64,000 nucleotides of DNA from NCBI GenBank assembly GCA_045863295.1, contig BTWA01000007.1, positions 136,469 to 200,468 of the forward strand, written 5' to 3'. Shown one piece after another: positions 19,422-29,359 of this stretch; position 1 is the stretch's first letter, and each line of letters starts with the position of its first letter. Under the pieces are notes generated by a model that was not told the DNA's origin, made no database searches, and saw only the letters and a program-made list of their open reading frames with translations. Made by a program: the position numbers and the translations under genes. The DNA comes from Candidatus Hydrogenedentota bacterium (GTDB lineage Bacteria; Hydrogenedentota; Hydrogenedentia; Hydrogenedentales; SLHB01).

Positions 19422-21323
19422 ATGAGTTTCAGTCATCGGTTTGCACTTGTGTTGCTTTTGTGCCTGATTCCGGTTGTTCCAGCGCTGTCAGACGTATTTC
19501 AAACAATTGGCATTCCCGTTCGTAAGGCTGGACTGATGGGGGTCCTGGTGGGGCCGGGTCCTGTGGACGGGTCCGAGCGCATCTATTTTAATTTTCGTCA
19601 AGATGGCGGAAAGTTGTTCCTTGTTTCGGTGGATCCAGTTACTGGATCGTCCGAGCAATACAAATCTCCGGTGGGTACGGGTGCCTGGGGATTTATCGTT
19701 GGTCCCGATGGACGTATATACCTGGGTACCCATGAAGGGCCGGATGAAGGTGACAGTGGACAAATCCTGGTATTCGATCCGAAGCAACCGGAGAAGCAGA
19801 TACAGATCGTGGGCCGGCCTTCGTCGACGGAGACCTACCTTTGGCAATTCTGCATTGGGGATGACGGTAAAATCTATGCAGGCACGTATCCTGGAGCAAA
19901 AGTGGTCTCATTCGATCCCGCCACGGGTACCATGGCGGATCACGGAGTCATGGACGAATCACAGAAGTACACGCGCAATTTGAGCGCTGGCCGGGATGGA
20001 CGGATCTATCTTGGTATTGGATACGGAAAGGCCAATGTAGTGGCCTTTGATCCAGCGTCTGGCACACATGAATCGATATTGCCGGAGCTGTATCGTACAG
20101 ACCCTGCACAAACGACTGCGTCGGTATGGAAAGGTGTTGATGGCAATGTATATGTGTCTGCACATCGCATGGAAGGAGACGGCGAACAGCGAAAACCCGT
20201 GGGTGTGACGCTGAAGGTAGAGGGCGATTCGGTCGTGGAAGTTACGGATGCGCCCGCAACGGTGAACAACAGGACTCTGTCGAACGGTACGATCGTAAGC
20301 AACGCCACATTGGATGGCACCTATGAGTTGATATCTGCTGGTGGTCAGGTCGAAAAGCGATCATTCAAATACGCTGGGGATGGGGCCGGTCTGTTTATCG
20401 TAGAGAACGGGCCCCTGGGCCGAATCTATGGCGGCACGTTTATGCCGAATGAGATGTTCTGGTACGACCCGGCGACCGGCGAACTGCAGAACCCGGGCAA
20501 TCCAAGCGAAGTATCCGGGGAGATATATTCCATCCTTGAACACAACGGCTTGGTGTACACGTGTTCCTATCCGGGTTCGTTTTTGTCCAAATGGAATCCA
20601 CTTGGGCCATGGAATTACGGAAGAGAAGCAGATTCCAATCCGAAAGGATTTGGTCCATTGGGGAGAGGGCATCTGCGGCCGCGTGCGATGATTCATGGCC
20701 CTGGCGGCTCTATCTACATCGGCAGTTACCCGGAGTATGGCATGCACGGCGGCTCTATGGCCGTCTGGGATCCGGTAACCGATACACTGCTTCAGAATCA
20801 CCACCACCTGATTAAGAATCAGTCCATCATCAGTCTGATATTCGATGAGAAGTCCGGTCTTGTGTTTGGGGGCACGAGCACCCAAGGTGGAGGAGGGACC
20901 GAGCCGATTGAGCCGGAGGCGAAGTTTTTTGCATTTAGTCCGGATATGCAGTCGTTGGCCATGGAGCAGGTGCCCGTTAAGGGAGCAGAGTACATTCGAT
21001 CCATGTGTTTGCTAGGACGAAGAATATACGGAATTGCCAATGCGGACACCTTATTCATTTACAATATCGACGAGAAGACGATTGTGGAGACGGGGAGTAT
21101 CGGAGTCGGAAGTGTACTTGATTGTTCCCTGCGTGTTTGGAAAGACGGCGGGATTTATGGTGTTGCGAAGAATTCCGTGTTTCAGCTTGATACGGAATCA
21201 AATAAGGCCAGGGTCTTGGCGGAGTACCCAGAGTCCATTCGCTGCGGAATGGCCGTGGACGACTACGGCATCTACTTTGGCGTTCGAGCTGAACTGATTC
21301 GATACAATTGGCCAGATTCGTGA
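19422..21323 (+). CDS. Secreted double beta-propeller protein
   Basis: Signal peptide; repeated GPDGRIYLGT / DGKIYAGTYP / FDPATG blades. Confidence 0.75.
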   Translation: MSFSHRFALVLLLCLIPVVPALSDVFQTIGIPVRKAGLMGVLVGPGPVDGSERIYFNFRQDGGKLFLVSVDPVTGSSEQYKSPVGTGAWGFIVGPDGRIYLGTHEGPDEGDSGQILVFDPKQPEKQIQIVGRPSSTETYLWQFCIGDDGKIYAGTYPGAKVVSFDPATGTMADHGVMDESQKYTRNLSAGRDGRIYLGIGYGKANVVAFDPASGTHESILPELYRTDPAQTTASVWKGVDGNVYVSAHRMEGDGEQRKPVGVTLKVEGDSVVEVTDAPATVNNRTLSNGTIVSNATLDGTYELISAGGQVEKRSFKYAGDGAGLFIVENGPLGRIYGGTFMPNEMFWYDPATGELQNPGNPSEVSGEIYSILEHNGLVYTCSYPGSFLSKWNPLGPWNYGREADSNPKGFGPLGRGHLRPRAMIHGPGGSIYIGSYPEYGMHGGSMAVWDPVTDTLLQNHHHLIKNQSIISLIFDEKSGLVFGGTSTQGGGGTEPIEPEAKFFAFSPDMQSLAMEQVPVKGAEYIRSMCLLGRRIYGIANADTLFIYNIDEKTIVETGSIGVGSVLDCSLRVWKDGGIYGVAKNSVFQLDTESNKARVLAEYPESIRCGMAVDDYGIYFGVRAELIRYNWPDS

Positions 21324-21377
21324 TGCAAAGTGCATTCCGAAGGTATGGAAGCGTAGCCAGAAATGCGGGGGAATACC

Positions 21378-23987
21378 ATGCTGCATGCACGGGGCATCGT
21401 GAAGACATTGTGGACGGTGGCTGTGGCGCTATGGGGGTCTACTTGTCTGTGTGAAGAGTTTCGCCATATCCACATCCAATTGGGGCAGGATTCGGGTGCA
21501 ATTGAAGAGCGGACTGCCGCATTGCTCAAAGAGAGGTTGACTGAATCTGGCGGTGGTAAAGTTACCATTGGGCATGATGCGATTGCAGATACAGGCGAAC
21601 GGGCGTTGCTGGTTCTTTTTGGCGTTGCCGGAAACCACGCTGAAATCGGGAAACGATTTGAGAGTGCTCGGATCGCCTCTGTAACTGATCGGGACCCTGG
21701 CCCCGAGGGATTCCATATCAAGTGTATGGACTCACACGTGTTGGTAGCGGCTGCTGCTGACAACCGAGGCTCGCTATATGCGGTGGGCGAATTGCTCCGT
21801 CGCATACGCATTCTTCCCAACTCATTTGAAGTACCGTTGACGCTTGATGTGCGTACGGCGCCTGCATTCGAGATTCGAGGCACACAATTCGGGCAAAGTG
21901 GAGTGGCCAAAAACCTCGCCAAGGTGCGCGATTGGACGGAGGCCGAAACACAACGAGCCATTTTGGACGATGCCCTAGCCGGAGCCAATACCTTTGACGT
22001 GAATCGGGGGCCATTATTCGACTTCCTTAAATCATTTGACCTGCTTACCCAAGACAGTTACGGGCCCAATATTGGCAGCGGTCCGGATGAATGGCTGGCG
22101 GAGGAGTCGATTGGCCGAACGGGATATCTTTGCCCATCAGTTCCGGAAGCCCGTCAGGCCTTGTTGGATAAGGCGGAGGCCTACTTCAGCGGAGGCGCAC
22201 CTTTTGACCTAATCAAATTTGTTGGGGGCGACGGCGGCGGATGCGAGTGCGACAAGTGCGATCCCTACGGACTCACCTTCATTCTGTTGTGTGAGGACAT
22301 GGCGAAGACCGTGCACAAGTACGGACCCAACACCCGCATCTGGTTTACGAATCAGAAATTTGATGATGCCGACGATCAGGCCATTTTTAAGTACTTGCAG
22401 GAAGAGCCGCGCGAGTGGTTGTGGGCATGGGGCTACGGACCGGGATCAGACGCCATGAGTTGGCAACCCGGTCACCGACAAACGCATCGGATGGACTTGT
22501 TTCGATATCCTGGGTTCGGCCCGTTTGATCGATATAACCAGGAAATCATACACCAACTGCCTCCACAGCAGACGCTTCTCCATTACAATGAACTGACGCA
22601 TTGGCGCTATTCGCAACACGGATATGTGCAAATGTATCCGCGCCCGGACAAGAACGGGGATCTGCCACCGTGGCAAAATCATTTTATTTACGAGAGGCGT
22701 CCAGACCAGGCGCTTACCATGGTGTATGATCGGCTGACATTTTACGCGTGGCCTCGTTTCTATCATTGGTTATTCGGTGAAATAAACCGGTATGGCGTCG
22801 GCGATGTCACGCACTCCAGTGGTCACCACGATCATTTTAACCAGTGGATGTGGCAGCGCCTGTTATGGGCGCCGCAGACATCCGTGGATGATGTGGTGAA
22901 AGAGTATTGCGAGGCCTGGTTTGGCGAGGCGGCCGCGCCAAGCATGGCGCAGGCACTCTTCCAATTGGAGGAAAACCTGGAAGAGAATCCAAACACACCG
23001 ATCACGGAGAAGTCCGGGATTGATCGATACTACGATCTGGTCGCTGAGGCTGGAAAGACCATGCCTCCCCACCTGATGAAGAACAACTGGATTTGGCGCG
23101 AGTACATGCAAAAGGGTGCGCTCGACAAGTACGTTAAACTCAAAGTCGCTCAACAGACAGCATTGCAGGCGGAAATCGAAGAGGACATGTCGAATGCTGT
23201 CAAATCCGCCGATCCTGACCTGGCCGTTCGAGAAGCCTTGCAGAAGTTTGGTGAGATGAAAGAGACACCGGCGATGGTACGCCTTCGGGAAGAGGCGGGT
23301 GTACTCGGTGAGGAAAGCAATACGTTATTCGGCGTAAGGAATGAAGGGTACTTTAATCTTGAGCATGATTTCATAGGGTTGGGCTGGCTGAAGCGGCAGT
23401 TGGAGCGATCTCTTGATGCCAAAGATCGGAAGACGAAGGCCGAGTTGCTGGGCATGATTGTGGACTACGAGAATCCTGGAGAAGGCGGATTTTACGACAA
23501 TTTGGGAACATACAACCCTTGCCCGAACGTTATTAACGGATCTCCTTACGATCATGGCCAGCCTTTTGTCGCGGGCATGCTTGACGAAGGCAACAGGCCC
23601 AGCCAGAAGTCCATGCATAGCACACAGGAACAAGCGCAAGGCGTGACGCTGCGTTACCGCAATCTAGATCCCAAAGCCGCATACCGCATACGTCTCACCC
23701 TGGTACGCCCTTGGTTTCAGGAGCGGTATGCCATGCGTATGAACCAGAAGTCGCAAACCATTTATGCGGACGATACCGTTCTGGCGAAGGATGTTGAACT
23801 GCCGCTGCAAATGAGCGATTTTTTCACGTATGATATTCCGATGGCGGCCACTAAGGATGGCGAACTCGTGATTCGAATGGAGAAAGCGCCGGACATGGCG
23901 AACGGCGATCGTGTCTCGGTGGAGCAATGGCGCAATTCCGGGGGATGGGGTACGCTGTTGTCCGAGGCTTGGCTTATCAAGAAGTGA
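21378..23987 (+). CDS. Secreted putative glycoside-hydrolase-like protein (GH20/GH67-like N-terminal domain)
   Basis: Signal peptide; GPEGFHI...AADNRGSLYAVGELLR N-domain pattern; GDGGGCEC; start uncertain (21363 or 21378). Confidence 0.6.
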   Translation: MLHARGIVKTLWTVAVALWGSTCLCEEFRHIHIQLGQDSGAIEERTAALLKERLTESGGGKVTIGHDAIADTGERALLVLFGVAGNHAEIGKRFESARIASVTDRDPGPEGFHIKCMDSHVLVAAAADNRGSLYAVGELLRRIRILPNSFEVPLTLDVRTAPAFEIRGTQFGQSGVAKNLAKVRDWTEAETQRAILDDALAGANTFDVNRGPLFDFLKSFDLLTQDSYGPNIGSGPDEWLAEESIGRTGYLCPSVPEARQALLDKAEAYFSGGAPFDLIKFVGGDGGGCECDKCDPYGLTFILLCEDMAKTVHKYGPNTRIWFTNQKFDDADDQAIFKYLQEEPREWLWAWGYGPGSDAMSWQPGHRQTHRMDLFRYPGFGPFDRYNQEIIHQLPPQQTLLHYNELTHWRYSQHGYVQMYPRPDKNGDLPPWQNHFIYERRPDQALTMVYDRLTFYAWPRFYHWLFGEINRYGVGDVTHSSGHHDHFNQWMWQRLLWAPQTSVDDVVKEYCEAWFGEAAAPSMAQALFQLEENLEENPNTPITEKSGIDRYYDLVAEAGKTMPPHLMKNNWIWREYMQKGALDKYVKLKVAQQTALQAEIEEDMSNAVKSADPDLAVREALQKFGEMKETPAMVRLREEAGVLGEESNTLFGVRNEGYFNLEHDFIGLGWLKRQLERSLDAKDRKTKAELLGMIVDYENPGEGGFYDNLGTYNPCPNVINGSPYDHGQPFVAGMLDEGNRPSQKSMHSTQEQAQGVTLRYRNLDPKAAYRIRLTLVRPWFQERYAMRMNQKSQTIYADDTVLAKDVELPLQMSDFFTYDIPMAATKDGELVIRMEKAPDMANGDRVSVEQWRNSGGWGTLLSEAWLIKK

Positions 23988-23994
23988 ACCGAGT

Positions 23995-25521
23995 TCAGCC
24001 CTTCCAGCCGCCTGTCAGTAGGGGAAACTCTGTCACGGCTTTGTATGGTTCGCTGTAATCGCCACCTTGGTGGCTGTGCCGGCACGATGCGAGAAATTGC
24101 CGCAGGTACTCTCTTTGTTCAGACACGTAGTCCGGTTTTGACGCTGCGAGATTGTTTGCTTCCTGCTCGTCTTCAAGTACATCGTACAATTGATCTTCCG
24201 TTCCGGAATTCGACAAGTTGGTCAAAAACTTGTATCGATCTCCAATGGTTCCCAATGTAGGTGAGCCGGCCATTCCGCGTTCGGAATCCAGGAAGAACAA
24301 AGGAATAATTTTGTCTCTTTCGACGACCTTGCCACTCAAGGCAGGCATCAGGCTGATTCCGTCAATCGGGCGGACGTCTGGCATGACGTAGCCCAAGAGA
24401 TCGCACAGCGTGGGGAGGTAATCCAAGGTGCTGCATGGGGTCGCAACCGTAGACCCGGCTTCGATCCTGCCAGGCCACTTCGCGAAGGCCGGAACCGTAA
24501 TCCCGCCTGAGTACAAACTGCGCTTGCGGCCGCGCAAGTGAGCCGTTGAGCCATGGAACCGGCTTACCGGGTCGTCATCGCCGGACCCTTCGGGCCCATT
24601 GTCAGAGGCAAACAAAACAAAAGTATTTTGATCGACGCCAAGCTCGGTTAGCAGTTTGTTGATGCGTCCAACCTGTTCGTCCATGGCTGTGATACTGCCA
24701 AAATAATGCTGTGCGCCTTCGGGGTGGTCTGCATACATTGCTCTGTAGTCAGGTCCGGCAACGACGGGTGCATGCGGTGTGTGAAACCAGATTGTTGCCA
24801 TAAACGGAACGCCTTGGGACAGCGTAGTGCGAAAGAACGGTTCCACGCGGTCAATAATTACTCGGGCATCGTCGCCGTCCAAGTTTTCCGTTACGCGCTT
24901 GCCTTGTTCATTCCAATAGGCGGAGCGCCAGCGGGTGCCGGGCGTGCCCCATAGATTATTGCCTTCCGCCGGCGTGAGGCCTGGATTCCACGTCGGGACG
25001 AGTGCCTCCGTGCAAAAGCACGTGTCGTATCCGTGGTCCCATGGAGGCGAATAGAATTCAGGGTGATCCGGTCCCCCTCGATTGCCATCTTTTTCCGTGG
25101 TTGACATCGTACCCAGATGCCATTTGCCGAAATGCCCAGTCCGGTATCCGGCATACCTGCAGATTTCAGCAATGGTAATTTCTTGCCGAGGCAGGCAGCC
25201 TTCATTAGCATGCATGACTCCCAGACGCGCGTGGTGACGTCCCGTGAGACACGTAGCGCGCGTGGGGGAACAAACAGGGCTACCAGAATAGAATCGGGTA
25301 AACCTGGCGCCTTCCGCGCAGAGGCGGTCCAGATTGGGTGTACGAATTTCGGAATTACCATTGAATCCGGTATCACCAAACCCCAAATCGTCGCACATAA
25401 TCAGTAGGAGATTCGGCGTTTTGTTTGCACCAGAAGTCCCTTGGGCACCAAGCGTACCGAAGCTCAACGCCGTTGCCTGAAACATGGCTTGGAGAAACGA
25501 TCGGCGCGACGTGCGACTCAT
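23995..25521 (-). CDS. Sulfatase (Cys-type, Tat-exported)
   Basis: RRSFL; PNLLLIMCDDLG; CSPTR; GKWHLG; SDNG. Confidence 0.93.
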   Translation of the reverse strand: MSRTSRRSFLQAMFQATALSFGTLGAQGTSGANKTPNLLLIMCDDLGFGDTGFNGNSEIRTPNLDRLCAEGARFTRFYSGSPVCSPTRATCLTGRHHARLGVMHANEGCLPRQEITIAEICRYAGYRTGHFGKWHLGTMSTTEKDGNRGGPDHPEFYSPPWDHGYDTCFCTEALVPTWNPGLTPAEGNNLWGTPGTRWRSAYWNEQGKRVTENLDGDDARVIIDRVEPFFRTTLSQGVPFMATIWFHTPHAPVVAGPDYRAMYADHPEGAQHYFGSITAMDEQVGRINKLLTELGVDQNTFVLFASDNGPEGSGDDDPVSRFHGSTAHLRGRKRSLYSGGITVPAFAKWPGRIEAGSTVATPCSTLDYLPTLCDLLGYVMPDVRPIDGISLMPALSGKVVERDKIIPLFFLDSERGMAGSPTLGTIGDRYKFLTNLSNSGTEDQLYDVLEDEQEANNLAASKPDYVSEQREYLRQFLASCRHSHQGGDYSEPYKAVTEFPLLTGGWKG

Positions 25522-25611
25522 GAAAGACTCCACCGTTGTTATAGGGTCTAAATAGTTGTTGCTTTCGCGTACTTGATTGTACACGTCACGGCGGTCGGCA
25601 GTGAAGGGTCG

Positions 25612-27993
25612 TCAAACCCTGTCCAGCAACTCGCGCACTTTGCTGGCCAGTACTTGAGGTGAGAAGGGTTTCTGAATAAAATCGGCTTCTGCGGTGGAAA
25701 TACCTCGCAACAATACAGCGTCATTGGTGTAGCCCGACATATACAACACCTTGGTGTCTGGCCGCGATTCCATGAGGATTTCCACCATTTCGCGCCCATT
25801 CAGCTCGGGCATAATCACATCCGTCAATACAAGATGAATGTGGCCTTGAAAATCCGCGGCTACTTTGACTGCCTCAGTTCCGTTACGTGCTTTTAGAACC
25901 GTGTAGCCGCAGGTTTCCAGAATGCGTTGAGTCAGCGCGAGCACGGTGCTTTCGTCCTCAACGAGAAGCACTGTTTCAGTACCGACTGCCATACGAGTGC
26001 GTTTAGGCGTCCTTATTGCCGATTCTGCCGCCGTACCTGCCGCTGGCAGATAGATGGTAAATACCGTTCCAATTCCCACTTCACTTTGAGTTTGTATATG
26101 CCCGTTACACTGTTTAACAATTCCATACACTGTAGATAGACCTAGGCCCGTACCTTCTCCTGGGCTTTTTGTCGAATAGTAAGGCTCGAATACGTGTTCC
26201 ATTACTTCCTGTGTCATGCCGCACCCTGTATCCCTGACCTCCAAAATCACATACGAACCTGGTTTCAAGTCCATCATGGGTACTATTGCAGACCCAATGT
26301 TCACATTAGCCGTCTCCAAAACGATAGTCCCGCCTTTGGGCATGGCATCTCGTGCGTTTACCACTAGATTCATCACGATCTGCTCCAATTGTCCCGCGTC
26401 CGCGAGTATCTTGTCCAGAGCCGGCTCCAGCTTGGTCACCAGTGTGATATGTTCGCCCACTAGGCGGCGTAACAGGTCGTCCAGATCCTGAATCAAGGTA
26501 TTCAAGTTGAGGATCTTATATTCCACAACCTGTTTTCGGCTGAACGCGAGCAACTGTTTGGTGAGCGAGGCGGCGCGCGTGCCGGACTTGGAGATGGTTG
26601 CTATTAGCTCAATCTGGTCGGGGCTCAGGCCTTCCGAGCCGAGTAGTACATCGCAACATCCCGTAATGATCATAATGAGGTTATTAAAATCATGAGCTAC
26701 TCCCCCTGCCAGTTTGCCAATTGCTTCGATCTTTTGGCTTCTGCGCAATTCCTCTTCCAGGCGCTTTCGCTCCATGCCCACGGCAATCGTGTGGGCTATT
26801 GACACGAGTCCATCGAACAGGCTGTCTGCGATTTCACGCTGGGTAAAGATGGCGAGCATCCCGAGCAGCCGGCCCTCCACGACAAGGGGAATTCCCGCGA
26901 AATCGTTGAAGTTCCCACCAACCAGCCCATAGATGGCGTGAAACTCAGAATCGAGCATGGGGTGATGAATGTGATCTGCCCGCCTCCGTTCGGCGATGCG
27001 CCCTATGGGGGTCTCGCCGACGGCAATCAAAGAATCGGAGGTCTGGCACGATTCCCACAAGCCCGAACTGCAGACGTGTTGCAGAGTATTGCATGACGCC
27101 TTGACAGTCCATAAGCGTACTAGCTCTGCATTTAGATTTCGGGCGATGGACTCGAGACAAAGCTTTACCATCCCATCGGCTGTAATAGCCTGAGTGACAG
27201 CAAGCGAAACGTCCTCGTTCATGGAGGCAATGGCGCCGAGCCGGCTGCCGGATTGATCCCGAAAAACCGACACAATACCGTTGGGCCGAGCCCGCTCGTC
27301 CCGAATGCAACTTGAAGTTGTATCGATGGGGACCGCCACATTGTCACGATTGATGAGTACCGTACTTTCCGCAAGATGCACGATCGGCCCTTCGCTTACG
27401 TCATCAATGGCGATCGGTGTTCCATTGGAGCGGTGAGACAGCCGAAGTACCTCATGTAGCCGGCGTCCCACTGCCTGCTGGCGGTTCCACGCGGTTATGG
27501 ATTCCGCTCCGCGATTCATGAGCGTAATGCGTCCATCGTTGTCGGTGGCAATCACAGCGTCGGCCGGCTCTGCGATACTGTCCGCAAACCACTGTTCGAC
27601 CCTCCGCAGACGTGTCTCCATCCGGTGCCGGTATAGCGCAATTTCGATATTGGCTCGCAGTTCACGTTCGGAAAACGGCTTCACAATATAGGCGAAAGGC
27701 TCGGTAACCTTGGCCCGTTCGAGCGTCTTGTCGTCGGTATACGCGGTTACATAGATTACGGGGACTTGGCGCCGGATTTTTATTTCCGAGGCCGCTTCAA
27801 TTCCATCCAAGTCGCCTTTCAACACGATGTCCATCAATACCAAATCGGGATTCAGCATGTCCGCAAGTTGGATAGCTTCCACGCCCGAACCAGCGACGGC
27901 ACATACTTCATAGCCCATGCCTCGCAGACGCGTCTCCAGTTCTCGCGCGATGATAATCTCATCGTCGACTATCAGGATGCGTGAGGTGGACAT
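25612..27993 (-). CDS. Hybrid sensor kinase REC-PAS-GAF-HisKA-HATPase-REC
   Basis: N-terminal receiver (ILIVDDE, DLVLMD, KPF); AHDFNN H-box; NLVVNARDAM; GTGLGL; C-terminal receiver. Confidence 0.93.
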   Translation of the reverse strand: MSTSRILIVDDEIIIARELETRLRGMGYEVCAVAGSGVEAIQLADMLNPDLVLMDIVLKGDLDGIEAASEIKIRRQVPVIYVTAYTDDKTLERAKVTEPFAYIVKPFSERELRANIEIALYRHRMETRLRRVEQWFADSIAEPADAVIATDNDGRITLMNRGAESITAWNRQQAVGRRLHEVLRLSHRSNGTPIAIDDVSEGPIVHLAESTVLINRDNVAVPIDTTSSCIRDERARPNGIVSVFRDQSGSRLGAIASMNEDVSLAVTQAITADGMVKLCLESIARNLNAELVRLWTVKASCNTLQHVCSSGLWESCQTSDSLIAVGETPIGRIAERRRADHIHHPMLDSEFHAIYGLVGGNFNDFAGIPLVVEGRLLGMLAIFTQREIADSLFDGLVSIAHTIAVGMERKRLEEELRRSQKIEAIGKLAGGVAHDFNNLIMIITGCCDVLLGSEGLSPDQIELIATISKSGTRAASLTKQLLAFSRKQVVEYKILNLNTLIQDLDDLLRRLVGEHITLVTKLEPALDKILADAGQLEQIVMNLVVNARDAMPKGGTIVLETANVNIGSAIVPMMDLKPGSYVILEVRDTGCGMTQEVMEHVFEPYYSTKSPGEGTGLGLSTVYGIVKQCNGHIQTQSEVGIGTVFTIYLPAAGTAAESAIRTPKRTRMAVGTETVLLVEDESTVLALTQRILETCGYTVLKARNGTEAVKVAADFQGHIHLVLTDVIMPELNGREMVEILMESRPDTKVLYMSGYTNDAVLLRGISTAEADFIQKPFSPQVLASKVRELLDRV

Positions 27994-27997
27994 GGTG

Positions 27998-29074
27998 TCA
28001 ACTTCGCTCCTTGTAATGGGGTTCGCGAAAGCCTATTCGAAATGTAGTGCCCTCTTGAACGACCACGTCCATAGTGCCTTCCAGTTGCTGTGTCAGGTCG
28101 GCCACCAGCTTTAATCCAAGCGAATTGCTATCGCGCCAATTTAATTCTGGCGGCAAGCCCCGGCCGTTGTCACGGACGGTCAGTTCATACTGCTGATCGC
28201 CTTTGCGCTCCAGTGATATCCACATGCGGCCCGAGGTGCCTTCCGGGAATGCATGCTTAATTACATTTGCCACCAATTCATTAATGACCAGACCACAGGG
28301 AATCGCGGTGTCAATATCGAGCGAAGCATCGACTATGGTCAACTCCACGGACAGCTTGCCTTGCTGGATCGCATAGGTCCGCAACAAATCGGCCACCAGG
28401 TCCCGAACATACTCCGAGAAATCGATCCGCGTAAATTCGGGCGAGCGGTAGAATTTCTCATGGATTAACGCAATCGACTTTACACGGTTCTGGCTTTCCT
28501 GGAGTAGTTCGGCCACGTCAGGGTCTGTCAAGTACGTGGATTGCAGGAACAACAGAGACGATATCACCTGCAGATTGTTCTTCACTCGATGATGAACTTC
28601 TTTAAGATACATTTCACGGGCTTGAAGGGCTTGGGCTTCCACACGTTTGCGCTCGGTCGCATCACGTATTACGCCCAGTACGAGACCGCCGGTGGTGAGG
28701 TTTAGTGGGCTAAGCATAATGTCGACAGGGAATTCAGTGCCGTCTTTGCGGCGGCCAAACAATTCCAGCCCCGCACCCATCGGGCGCGTCTTGGGCGCTG
28801 AGATATACCCGGAGCGTACGCCCACATGCTTGCTGGCAAGGCGAGTGGGGACGAGCACTTCCACCAATTGGCCGACCAACTCATCATTGCCATAGCCAAA
28901 CATTTTTCCGGATTGCGCATTGGACAAGACGATTCTTCCGGAGTGGTCCACAAGCAGGATCGCATCCGGTGCAGATTCGAAGATGCTGAGCAGGATTTCC
29001 GGGTTTTGCACCAAGGTCCCAGGTGATTCGATGTCCATTTCAGAGCGAATATTGCGTGTGTGGTCAAGAGTCAC
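27998..29074 (-). CDS. PAS + HisKA_2-type histidine kinase
   Basis: PAS (RPMGAGLELFGRRKDGTEFPVDIMLSP); EVHHRVKNNLQ; NELVANVIKHAF; DNGRG; start uncertain. Confidence 0.9.
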   Translation of the reverse strand: MTLDHTRNIRSEMDIESPGTLVQNPEILLSIFESAPDAILLVDHSGRIVLSNAQSGKMFGYGNDELVGQLVEVLVPTRLASKHVGVRSGYISAPKTRPMGAGLELFGRRKDGTEFPVDIMLSPLNLTTGGLVLGVIRDATERKRVEAQALQAREMYLKEVHHRVKNNLQVISSLLFLQSTYLTDPDVAELLQESQNRVKSIALIHEKFYRSPEFTRIDFSEYVRDLVADLLRTYAIQQGKLSVELTIVDASLDIDTAIPCGLVINELVANVIKHAFPEGTSGRMWISLERKGDQQYELTVRDNGRGLPPELNWRDSNSLGLKLVADLTQQLEGTMDVVVQEGTTFRIGFREPHYKERS

Positions 29075-29193
29075 ATTTACCGCTCCCTCGCCGAAATGTG
29101 AAATCTTTGAGTCCAGCCTTGCTCATCCATTATAGCGTGAAACCGTACACGATTGTTCGGGTTTCTTCGATGGGCCGGGGTGTGTGGAAGTAA

Positions 29194-29221
29194 TTGACAG
29201 GCAGGCAATTAACGCTAGTAT
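29194..29221 (+). promoter_or_regulatory. Sigma70-like promoter with no obvious downstream + strand gene
   Basis: TTGACA (29194-99), 16-nt spacer, TAGTAT (29216-21). Confidence 0.35.
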
Positions 29222-29359
29222 ATAGATGTAATGACCGCTATATGCTGGCCTGGGCGCCTTTCGCAGTACGCCAGAAATGCCCCGGTTTACTTGCAGCTAC
29301 ATTGCTCATGGAATCGAAATGGGGCGACCCGAAAATTCGGAAGAGCTCAGGGTTCTAAC

